Translations under genes and position numbers: made by a program
Assembly: GCA_950097015.1 (NCBI GenBank)
Contig: CATNEN010000005.1
Span: 2,976,001 to 3,040,000 of the forward strand
DNA length: 64,000 bases
DNA from: Macrostomum hystrix
Taxonomy: Eukaryota; Animalia; Platyhelminthes
Direction of reading: 5' to 3'
Part shown: positions 11,290-23,247 of the stretch, in pieces
Position numbering within the stretch: position 1 is the first letter of the stretch
Layout: every line of letters starts with the position of its first letter
The notes under the pieces: model-generated
What the model saw: the letters and a program-made list of their open reading frames with translations, nothing else
Told to the model about the DNA's origin: nothing
The model's database searches: none

Positions 11290-13322
11290 GGGATCTTTAA
11301 CAGTGAGTGATTTGGGATCTTTAACAGTGAGTGATTGGGGATATTTAACAGTGAGGGATTGGGGATCTTTAACAGTGAGGGATTGGGGATCTTTAACAGT
11401 GAGGGATTTGGGATCTCTAACAGTGAGGGATTTGGGATCTTTAACAGTGAGGGATTTGGGATCTTTAACAGTGAGGGATTGGAGATATTTAACAGTGAGG
11501 GATTGGGATCTTTAACAGTGAGGGATTGGGGAACTTTAACAGTGAGGGATTGGGGATCTTTAACAGTGACGGATTTGGGATCTTTAACAGTGAGGGATTG
11601 GGGATCTTTAACAGTGAGGGATTGGGGATCTTTAACAGTGAGGGATTGGGGATATTTAACAGGGAGGGATTGGGATCTTTAACAGTGAGGGATTTGGGAT
11701 CTTTAACAGTGAGGGATTGGGGAACTTTAACAGTGAGGGATTTGGGATCTTTAACAGTGAGGGATATGGGATCTTTAACAGTGAGGGATTTGGGATCTTT
11801 AACAGTGAGGGATTGGGGAACTTTAACAGTGAGGGATTTGGGATCTTTAACAGTGAGGGATATGGGATCTTTAACAGTGAGGGATTTGGGATCTTTAACA
11901 GTGAGGGATTGGGGAACTTTAACAGTGAGGGATTTGGGATCTTTAACAGTGAGGGATATGGGATCTTTAACAGTGAGGGATTGGGGGTCTTTAACAGTGA
12001 GGGATTGGGGAACTTTAACAGTGAGGGATTTGGGATCTTTAACAGTGAGGGATATGGGATCTTTAACAGTGAGGGATTGGGGATCTTTAACAGTGAGGGA
12101 TTGGGGAACTTTAACAGTGACGGATTTGGGATCTTTAACAGTGAGGGATTTAGGATCTTTAACAGTGTGGGATTGGGGAACTTTAACAGTGACGGATTTG
12201 GGATCTTTAACAGTGAGGGAGTTGGGATCTTTAACAGTGAGGGATTGGGATCTTTAACAGTGAGGGATTGGGGAACTTTAACAGTGACGGATTTGGGATC
12301 TTTAACAGTGAGGGAGTTGGGATCTTTAACAGTGAGGGATTGGGGAACTTTAACAGTGACGGATTGGGGATCTTTAACAGGGAGGGATTGGGATCTTTAA
12401 CAGTGAGGGATTGGGGAACTTTAACAGTGACGGATTTGGGATCTTTAACAGTGAGGGAGTTGGGATCTTTAACAATGAGGGATTGGGGATCTTTAACAGT
12501 GAGGGATTGGGGAACTTTAACAGTGACGGATTTGGGATCTTTAACAGTGTGGGAGTTGGGATCTTTAACAGTGTGAGATTGGGATCTTTAATAGTGTGGG
12601 AGTTGGGATCTTTAACAGTGTGGGATTGGGGAACTTTAACAGTGACGTATTTGGTATCTTTAACAGTGAGGGATTTGGGATCTTTAACAGTGAGGGATTG
12701 GGATCTTTAACAGTGAGGGATTGGGGAACTTTAACAGTGACGGATTGGGGATCTTTAACAGGGAGGGATTGGGATCTTTAACAGTGAGGGATTGGGGAAC
12801 TTTAACAGTGACGGATTTGGGATCTTTAACAGTGAGGGAGTTGGGATCTTTAACAATGAGGGATTGGGGAACTTTAACAGTGACGGATTTGGGATCTTTA
12901 ACAGTGTGGGAGTTGGGATCTTTAACAGTGAGGGATTTGGGATCTTTAACAGTGAGGGATTGGGGATCTTTAACAGTGAGGGATTTGGGATCTTTAACAG
13001 TGAGGGATTTGGGATCTTTAACAGTGAGGGATATGGGATCTTTAACAGTGAGGGATTGGGGATCTTTAACAGTGAGGGATTTGGGATCTTTAACAGTGAG
13101 GGATTTGGGATCTTTAACAGTGAGGGATATGGGATCTTTAACAGTGAGGGATTTGGGATCTTTAACAGTGAGGGATTGGGGAACTTTAACAGTGAGGGAT
13201 TTGGGATCTTTAACAGTGAGGGATATGGGATCTTTAACAGTGAGGGATTGGGGGTCTTTAACAGTGAGGGATTGGGGATCTTTAACAATGAGGGATTGGG
13301 GATCTTTAACAGTGAGGGATTT
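11290..13322. repeat. 24-bp minisatellite AACAGTGAGGGATTGGGGATCTTT, ~85 copies
   Basis: Tandem units with occasional 23-bp variants that shift the pseudo-ORF frames. Confidence 0.96.
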
Positions 13323-14341
13323 ATTTGGGATCTGAAAAACATCACCGTCAAAAAAGTTAAAAAAATGGGTTTCGGTAACTCGGATCACATATGTACTTTT
13401 AAGGGTGGGCTACTGTTGGCTTGCAAACTGGTGGATACAATTTTGGCTAATGGAAAACTCTCGGTCCTAAACTTTATTCAATCAGAATTCGAATGGAGAG
13501 TAGAAAAATCGATGCAGAACTCATTGAGTGGGAATAATTTTCAAAGCTTGACAAAATCGATCATTAATCCACAGTGCGATTGTCTGCCATGTCAGTTCAC
13601 TGCAATCGGAGACTTCCGCAATATTTAATTGTGTCTAAATCTGGATAATCTAATATTTCAATCAGTGCTACCATGTGATGCGCCAAAACTGAAATAAGTT
13701 AAGTTCAGTTTTCAAATTAGTGCAAGCAACGCAAAGAATGCAATTTTGATTTATTCAATTGCTTTGCAGACAAAAGCTTTCAGTTCATTTTAATTATCTT
13801 CTGGGATAAAATAGGCATTTTTATAATCCAAAGCTTATAAAGTAGTCGATTATTACATAAATTAATTGAATTGCTTCGAAACTCGTCAAAGCGATTATAA
13901 CAAAATTTCCGGCTTTCGAAACAATTGCTGCAGTTTATTTTAATCTGCGAGTACACGTTTTTCGAGATTTTTAGGGACTTTAAGCATTTAAGCACATGGG
14001 TTTCTTCGAACTATAAAATCAGCCCCGAAGGCTTTGCCCTAGCCTAAAGCGTAATACAATGCTCATAATATTCAGCAAGCGCTTAAAGTTTGAGTCAACT
14101 AAATTTGATTGCAGAAAAGCGAAACGCACAAGATTTTTCGTAAAACTTCCCTTGATGGATTACTCCAGTGAGTCTAGTAGAAAAGGACGATGTACTTTTA
14201 TTTAAAAAGCTGCAGGTTTTATTAAACAACTGCATGGCCATTCAACTTACAAGTGTTACAAACTCACTCAAACTCTAATAATAGTCTTACTAAATTCAAT
14301 CAGTCAATCACTTAATCAATCAATTGTTATCGACCGGTCGC

Positions 14342-16600
14342 AGTGACCCGACATCTCACCCAGTGACAATGACCAGACATCTCACCCAGTGACAATCACC
14401 AGACTTCTCACCCAGTGACAATGACCAGACTTCTCACCCAGTGACAATGACCAGACTTCTCACCCAGTGACAATGACCAGACTTCTCACCCAGTGACAAT
14501 GACCAGACATCTCACCCAGTGACAATGACCAGACTTCTCACCCAGTGACAATGACCAGACTTCTCACCCAGTGACAATGACCAGACTTCTCACCCAGTGA
14601 CAATGACCAGACTTCTCACCCAGTGACAATGACCAGACATCTCACCCAGTGACAATGACCAGACATCTCACCCAGTGACAATGACCAGACTTCTCACCCA
14701 GTGACAATGACCAGACTTCTCACCCAGTGACAATGACCCGACTTCTCACCCAGTGACAATGACCAGACTTCTCACCCAGTGACAATGACCAGACTTCTCA
14801 CCCAGTGACAATGACCCGACTTCTCAACAACAACAACAACAACAACAAAATACGCAAGCCCCAAACGTCAGGGGGGCGGCGTCAAATGATGCGCCGCAGA
14901 GCCAGCGCGCGAACATGACCAGTGAACATGACCCGACTTCTCACCCAGTGACAATGACCAGACTTCTCACCCAGTGACAATGACCCGACTTCGCACCCAG
15001 TGACAATGACCCGACTTCTCACCCAGTGACAATGACCCGACTTCTCACCCAGTGACAATGACCAGACTTCTCACCCAGTGACAATGACCAGACTTCTCAC
15101 CCAGTGACAATGACCCGACTTCTCACCCAGTGACAATGACCAGACTTCTCACCCAGTGACAATGACCAGACTTCTCACCCAGTGACAATGACCCGACTTC
15201 TCACCCAGTGACAATGACCCGACTTCTCACCCAGTGACAATGACCAGACTTCTCACCCAGTGACAATGACCAGACTTCTCACCCAGTGACAATGACAAGA
15301 CTTCTCACCCAGTGAGAATGATAGATTCCTCAACCAGTCACAGTGACCAGATTTCTCAACCAGTCACAATGACCAGATTCCTCAACCAGTCACAATGACC
15401 AGATTCCTCAACCAGTCACAGTGACCAGATTTCTCAACCAGTCACAATGACCAGATTTCTCAACCAGTCACAATGACCAGATTCCTCAACCAGTCACAAT
15501 GACCAGATTTCTCAACCAGTCACAGTGACCAGATACCTCAACCAATCACAATGACCAGATCCCTCAACCAGTCACAATGACCAGATTCCTTAACCAGACA
15601 CAATGACAGATTCCTTAACCAGACACAATGACAGATTCCTCAACCAGTCACAATGACCAGATCCCTCAACCAGTCACAATGACCAGATTCCTCAACCAGT
15701 CACAATGACCAGATTTCTCAACCAGTCACAATGACCAGATTTCCCAACCAGTCACAATGACCAGACTCCTCAACCAGTCACAGTGACCAGACTCCTCAAC
15801 CAGTCACAATGACCAGACTCCTCAACCAGTCACAGTGACCAGACTCCTCAACCAGTCACAGTGACCAGATTTCTCAACCAGTCACAGTGACCAGATTTCT
15901 CAACCAGTCACAATGACCAGATTCCTCAACCAGTCACAGTGACCAGATTTCTCAACCAGTCACAGTGACCAGACTCCTCAACCAGTCACAGTGACCAGAT
16001 TTCTCAACCAGTCACAATGACCAGACTCCTCAACCAGTCAGAATGACCAGACTCCTCAACCAGTCACAGTGACCAGACTCCTCAACCAGTCACAATGACC
16101 AGACTCCTCAACCAGTCACAGTGACCAGACTCCTCAACCAGTCACAATGACCAGACTCCTCAACCAGTCACAGTGACCAGACTCCTCAACCAGTCACAGT
16201 GACCAGACTCCTCAACCAGTCACAATGACCAGACTCCTCAACCAGTCACAGTGACCAGATTTCTCAACCAGTCACAGTGACCAGACTCCTCAACCAGTCA
16301 CAGTGACCAGACTCCTCAACCAGTCACAATGACCAGACTCCTCAACCAGTCACAGTGACCAGACTCCTCAACCAGTCACAATGACCAGATTCCTCAACCA
16401 GTCACAATGACCAGATTCCTCAACCAGTCACAATAACCAGATTTCTCAACCAGTCACACAATGACCAGACTCCTCAACCAGTCACAATGACCAGACTCCT
16501 CAACCAGTCACAATGACCAGATTCCTCAACCAGTCACAGTGACCATATTCCTCAACCGGTGACAATGACCAGATTTCCCAACCAGTCACAATAACAGATT
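14342..16600. repeat. Two adjacent related 26-bp arrays (CCCAGTGACAATGACCAGACTTCTCA to ~15310, then ACCAGTCACAATGACCAGATTCCTCA)
   Basis: Abrupt switch of variant type near 15310. Confidence 0.95.
14827..14927 (-). mobile_element. Short 5'-truncated retroposon insertion with (TTG)n tail inside the 26-bp array
   Basis: 101-bp non-array insert beginning with (CAA)7 on the plus strand. Flanked by a 16-bp duplication ATGACCCGACTTCTCA (14811-14826, 14928-14943) that resets the array phase. Confidence 0.65.
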
Positions 16601-17478
16601 TTTTAACCAGTCAAAATGGCTAATAAACGAGTAGGTTTTAATGAGTCAATCCCTGATAAAGACCTGTGAATAAAAAATCAAGACTTGGAGGCAAAGCTAC
16701 TTGCTATTTTGAATGTTCGTAATTTGATTCACAACTAGATTTGAATGACTTGAATTCTATCTTTGTTTTAGACAGATGTAAGATATTGCACTAAAAAATA
16801 ATATTTACTTGGAGAGTAATTTATAGTTTTTTGTTTTGTTGTTACAATAGTAAAACTATTTAAACAGTTTAGCACTAATAATGCTATTCGATTCAAATTT
16901 CAAAAAGATAGCTAGAACGAAATATCTGATAAAATAGCAGAGAATCGATTAGCAGTGAAGGCTGTAGCAAAAATGAACATAAATCAGTGCTACCAATAAG
17001 TGAACTCTCATTAGGAATAAGTTTCAGAAGATGGAAAAAACAACAAAAAAATCATATTGATCAGTTACAGGAAAAAATCGATAATATCTATCGATCAATA
17101 TTTGGAGTGCTTTGAAAACTAAATAATCTTTTTTCGACATAATCGTTACGAGAATAAGTGGATGATTTTGAGCAGTGCTAACTAAGACCAAGACAATGAT
17201 GGATTAAGGAACTAGATTCTGAATTATGAATTAGGAAGAGGATTAAGGATTAAGAGTCGGATTAACTGGATCGGATAGAAAGTTCGGGGTAAGGGATTAG
17301 GGAAGGCAGGATAAGTAAAACATGGTTTTGAAGGAATGGGATATGAAGATAGATTCCTTGGCTCATAGAATGGTACGACAAATGGGAGCGTAGGAAAACA
17401 AATTTTGGGGATATTTGGGGAAGTAGACGGACAACTCTTCAATTAAAATTGGTCTTAAAAATACTCTAACAGTGAAAC

Positions 17479-18240
17479 ATGTTAGACAGGCTTCCTAAAT
17501 GTTAGACAGGCTTCCTACATGTTAGACAGGCCTCCTACATGTTAAACAGGCCTCCTACATGTTAGACAGGCCTCCTACATGTTAGACAGGTCTCCTACAT
17601 GTTAGACAGGCCTCCTACATGTTAGACAGGCTTCCTACATGTTAGACAGGCCTCCTAAGTGTTAAACAAGCCTCCTACGAGTTAGACAGGCCTCCTACGT
17701 GTTAAACAAGCCTCCTACGAGTTAGACAGGCCTCCTACGAGTTAGACAGGCCTCCTACGTGTTAAACAAGCCTCCTACGAGTTAGACAGGCCTCCTACGT
17801 GTTAAACAAGCCTCCTACGAGTTAGACAGGCCTCCTACGTGTTAGACAGGCCTCCTACGTGTTTGACAGGCCTCCTACGAGTTAGACAGGCCTCCTACGT
17901 GTTTGACAGGCCTCCTACGTGTTTGACAGGCCTCCTACATGTTAGACAAGCCTCCTACATGTTAAACAGGCCTCCTACATGTTAAACAGGCCTCCTACAT
18001 GTTAAACAGGCCTCCTACATGTTAGACAAGCCTCCTACATGTTAAACAGGCCTCCTACATGTTAAACAGGCCTCCTACATGTTAAACAGGCCTCCTACAT
18101 GTTAGACAGGCCTCCTACGTGTTAGACAGGCCTCCTACGTGTTTGACAGGCCTCCTACGAGTTAGACAGGCCTCCTACGTGTTAGACAGGCCTCCTACGT
18201 GTTTGACAGGCCTCCTACGTGTTTGACAGGCCTCCTAAAT
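17479..18240. repeat. 20-bp minisatellite AC(A/G)TGTTAGACAGGCCTCCT, ~38 copies
   Basis: Same unit and orientation as 8999-9750. Confidence 0.95.
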
Positions 18241-18501
18241 GTTGGATAAATAAATTCTACTTAATTTTACAATGACCAACGATAGCCGTATCAAGGAAAT
18301 GACTTGTTAAAATTGAGAACTCCCCGAGATTGAGATCTTGGCAGCAAAAAATCGACCGGGAAAATTTTTTTCTGAAAAAGACGAGCGATAATAAACTATC
18401 GATTTACCTATGCTAGCTAGCTACAGACAACACAGAATAGTAATTTAAACTAAAAAAACACTACAAATCCGATTGACTCAAGAAGGCAAAATCTTCTCAG
18501 T

Positions 18502-20326
18502 TTATTCCTGATCAGCTGACGGCACAACGCTGGTGGGCACCAGTGAGTTGCGAACCACATAGTCTGACACGGAGCCGAGGAAGGCGCGCCTTAGCGAACC
18601 GAGGCCGCGACAGCCCAGCACAATGTGATCGGCGTTTAGCCTGGAGGCGGCTTCCACAATGGCCTCACCCGGGTGGCGATTATTCTCGGCCACGAATTGG
18701 AAGCCATGCATGTGGGCCTCCCTGGCGCTGGAGATGTACTCTTCCTCTAGGGCTCGCATTGTTTCCAAGCGGGACATTAGGATGCTGTGCCATTCCTCAA
18801 CTGGGATCTGGAACATGCAAGATGAATCCCTTGATTCATAATCCTATTATCTATTGATCCGCAATCCCATTTTCCAATGATTTCTAATCGTTTGATTTCT
18901 AATCAAATTATCACTTGATTCCCAATGCCATTATCCTTCGAGCCGCTATATTATTGAGTAAACATTGATTTCCAATCCTATTCTACTATTTATTGATTTC
19001 AAATCCTATTATCCCTTGAAAAGCAGTCCCAATATATTCTTTGAATAATAATACAATTATCGCTTGATTCTGAACCCCATTATCCCTTGATTACTAATCC
19101 CATTATCCCTTGATTCTCAATCCCATTATCCCTTGATTCTCTATCCCATTACCCCTTGATTCTCAATCTCATTATCCCTTGATTCTCAATCTCATTATCC
19201 CTTGATTCTCAATCTCATTATCCCTTGATTCTCTATCCCATTACCCCCTGATTAACAATACCATTATAACTGGATTAACAATCCCATTATCCCTTGATTA
19301 CTAATCCCATTATCCCTTGATTCTCAATCCCATTATCCCTTGATTCTCTATCCCATTACCCCTTGATTAACAATACCATTATAACTGGATTAACAATCCC
19401 ATTATCCCTTGATTACTAATCCCATTATCCCATGATTCCTAATCGCATTATCCTTTCTTTCATTCCTGAATCCCGATCCAAAACGTTATACCCTTCATTT
19501 CCAACCAAATATGATCTCATTATCTGTTTCATTAAAACTTTCTTTTATTTTTATTTTACTATATTGTCCCTAGTTTTTATCCCTATTAAATTTTCTTATT
19601 TCCAGTTCTATTTATTCCCTTACGAGGTATGCATATTATATTGAAGTGATAAGTGTGCACAACTAACGATACCCAGTGAATTGACGAACGAAATTTAAAT
19701 TTGAATAATTCGTTGCTTTTTAGCAATCCCAATTCGATCTTAACAAAGTAACCAACTAGCTTAGGCTAAGAAGACATCATTTCCCAAGGGAAAGTTTTTA
19801 GTCGCGAGAAAGTACGCTAAAATCTACGTGACTCAAAGCTTTGACCAGTTGTTAAGTTAATAGTCGACTCACTTAACTTACAAAGAAGCAGCTACTCAAG
19901 TCGGAAATAAGAAATTTGCAAAACTCTTACAATAAACAGAATGCACTTATTTTGGCATTGCGTTTTGGGATTTCGGTATTTTGAACAAGCTGAGCTGTTT
20001 TTAGACAATTATACAAGGTCCTATCAGTACCGGCAAAGGAATAGGAAAATCATAGGATAGGAATCACATGCGAACAAACTGCAGCAGAAAAGAACTACGG
20101 CAGGTGCACATTAGCTTAGCAACTATTGATTATTCATCCATCATTAGCTTACGGATAAAGGCGAGGACAAAGTGATACTTGGCAGGTCCGGCGATTCAGC
20201 AGCGTGATAGACAATCACCCGATCATCCGGGCGAAACAGTTCGTTCACGAACCAACGAAACGCCTGCCTAGAATGATCCTTCTCGTCGACGGCAATTAGG
20301 AATGTTCTAGGAGCAGAGGGCGACAT
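18502..20326 (-). CDS. Universal stress protein (UspA domain), 2 exons, 159 aa
   Basis: Exons 20326-20153 and 18807-18502, phase-0 intron GTAAGC...TTCCAG. N-terminal FLIAVDEKDHSRQAF and C-terminal IVLGCRGLGSLRRAFLGSVSDYVVRNSLVPTSVVP, with an intact G-2x-G-9x-GS ATP-binding motif. Confidence 0.93.
19070..19440. repeat. 23-bp minisatellite TATCCCTTGATTACTAATCCCAT in the USP intron
   Basis: Tandem units. Confidence 0.9.
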
Positions 20327-22124
20327 CACACTGGGAATCTTGTTTGGCTAGTCAAACAAATAGTTAAACTTTTATTAAATATGCTTCTATTACTCCTTTA
20401 ATTAAGCAGAATATTGCAACGTGCTATGAAAAAGCTACTGAAGATTACCAGCGACTGCAAAGATATCCTACTGCCAGCCAGTTCTACTCCTATATGCATA
20501 GCCCCATATGCAGTGTGCGTCCTACTATTCCTGTCTGTACCGGTTTTCTCAACCCCTAGCCCATGTCCCCCCGCTCTCGGCTTTAGTGTACATTATTCCA
20601 AATAGGATAGAGAGTGGGAGTAGCGGAGTTTTTTTCACGGACTAAATGTACACTGTCTAGCGTGCAAAATGTACACCGAAGAAGTCATTGATCGGGCATG
20701 GAATTTCCTACCCCCCTTAACCCCACGGGCCACGGCCAAGCCCCGTGGCGGAAACTTCAAGCGTCAGCCACATCATCATGTCATTGAAGCTATTATTTAT
20801 TGTGGGCTAATTACGACGTATTTATTTCTTCTCGATTAATGTTATGCACTTTGATTGTGCCCCATCTCCACAGATGGGGTTGTACAGGTTAATTTAACGA
20901 CTTACAGCTAAAATTGAGTGCACGATAAGTTAACATTTCAGGCTCGGTATTAGATAATACTGACTACCAACTATAGCTCAGTATACCTGTCAACAGGTAT
21001 TTAATCATACTTCAGAATCTTTAATGTCAGAAGGCACATATTGGACTTGAGAAAGAGAGTTCAAACTTCAAAAAACGCCGCCTCTTTAATGTAGAAGGGT
21101 AATGCACCGTCTAAATGTACTTCCCTAGCCTGTCCGATAATTCGAGGTTGAAAACTAAATAAAACATGCATTTTAGTAGTTCTAGAATCTAGTTCTAGAC
21201 TCAGATAATATAAGATAAAGCACACGAACTTAGTCGCCAGATAAGTAGAGACCAAATTTTCTAATAAAAAACTGGCAAACTAATTGACCCAAAAGCTAAC
21301 CATTTTCCTAGCATGAACCGTTAAGTTAAATCTTAGCATTTAGTTTACTATCAAGCTAGTTGGAAAAGTTCTGCCGAGTGTGTTTCGTTGCCATGCGAAG
21401 TCGTGCAAATAACTTTTAGTAAGAATGCAATTTATTTTTCAAGAGTTTCAATAATTTAAAAAAGTTTGAATAATCTGAACGCTGTGGTGCAGTTTATATT
21501 TAATATTTAATACAAGGTGGAAGTGCCCTAAAAAGAGCAAAAGGCTTGTGATTTCCATTTATGGAAGTCGATACAATACGCGTAAGACGCTACTGATTAT
21601 CTACTTATGAAGGAAAAAGCTACCAAAACGAGGCTGATTTTTAGTCGACATGAGCAAAAAATGGGCACAATAGAAAAAATACAGGAAATCTATGAAAAAC
21701 GATAAAAGAAGACCAATTTTGTTCATGGATCTAGGCTCATTTAAGGATTTAGTTTTGTAACAAAAATATGACCCAAGAGAAGCCTTGAAAAATGAAATAT
21801 TAAGAACAAATAGTAAGCACATGGAGATACCGCGAAAAATGAACCCCTGCATTCTGTATTACATATAATCCTGAAAAAAGTCATCACAAAATGGTCCCAT
21901 GAGAGATGCACGTATTTCAAGCGAAGAAAAAATGGAACTAAATATTTTCGAGCCGAGAAGTGTGTTAAAATTAAATGAACTGCAAAGTAGAAATGAAGAA
22001 AGTAAGCGAAAAATGGCTAAAATCAAAGAGTTACTTAAAATCGATAACAGACATCTATACCTGTACCTAATAGTAAAAAATATGAGCGTAGCACAACACC
22101 TTAAGCTAATGAAAACGAGTAAGA

Positions 22125-22859
22125 GGTTTTCGTCACCCTGCTTGCGCGCGCATCACACTACAGCCCCGGGACCCACCACCCCAAAGCAAACGGTTTTCGT
22201 CACCCTGCTTGCGCGCGCATCACACTACAGCCCAGGGACCCACCACCCCAAAGCAAACGGTTTTCGTCACCCTGCTTGCGCGCGCATCACACTCCAGCCC
22301 CGGGACCCACCACCCCAAAGCAAACGGTTTTCGTCACCCTGCTTGCGCGCGCATCACACTCCAGCCCCGGGACCCACCACCCCAAAGCAAACGGTTTTCG
22401 TCACCCTGCTTGCGCGCGCATCACACTACAGCCCCGGGACCCACCACCCCAAAGCAAACGGTTTTCGTCACCCTGCTTGCGCGCGCATCACACTACAGCC
22501 CCGGGACCCACCACCCCAAAGCAAACGGTTTTCGTCACCCTGCTTGCGCGCGCATCACACTACAGCCCCGGGACCCACCACCCCAAAGCAAACGGTTTTC
22601 GTCACCCTGCTTGCGCGCGCATCACACTACAGCCCCGGGACCCACCACCCCAAAGCAAACGGTTTTCGTCACCCTGCTTGCGCGCGCATCACACTCCAGC
22701 CCCGGGACCCACCACCCCAAAGCAAACGGTTTTCGTCACCCTGCTTGCGCGCGCATCACACTACAGCCCCGGGACCCACCACCCCAAAGCAAACGGTTTT
22801 CGTCACCCTGCTTGCGCGCGCATCACACTCCAGCCCCGGGACCCACCACCCCAAAGCAA
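22125..22859. repeat. GC-rich 67-bp minisatellite, 11 near-identical copies, downstream of the EB1 3' end
   Basis: Unit GGTTTTCGTCACCCTGCTTGCGCGCGCATCACACT(A/C)CAGCCCCGGGACCCACCACCCCAAAGCAAAC. Confidence 0.96.
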
Positions 22860-23247
22860 GCGGCTTGTGTCGGTGATAAGGTGAAGGTATACAAGCGTTT
22901 GTGCAGATGTTAATCGAAACTTCGCAATAAAGTGCCCTGGTGCTCGATTCGCAATAATATTGTATTCTAAATCTATTTATGATGACTGAAGCAGGTAAAA
23001 GTGATAAAACGATATCGTGTTCCTAGCGTACTCATCAAAATTCAGGTAGAGAAGACAAGCGAAATATCTACAGAATAACTAAAAAAGCACTCGTGCAGTT
23101 TTTTTGTGAAATAATCTGAACTTTCAAAAAACAGAAATAGCATAACTGACGATAAAGGTCTGCGTTAAAAAAACACAACCTCGTTTATGAGCACATGACT
23201 ACACCGAAAAGCTCAATCATTTTTGCGTCCCATTGTACGCGATCTTT

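Noticed and set aside
553-13388. Many 100-280-aa ORFs (SPL-rich, MRFG, YLSI, GIFNSEG and similar)
   Set aside because: Each coincides with a tandem array, and the frames shift at unit-length variants.
21899-22913. 325-aa ORF running into the 67-bp array
   Set aside because: The N-terminal part is A-rich low-complexity sequence with no recognised domain; the rest is translated repeat.
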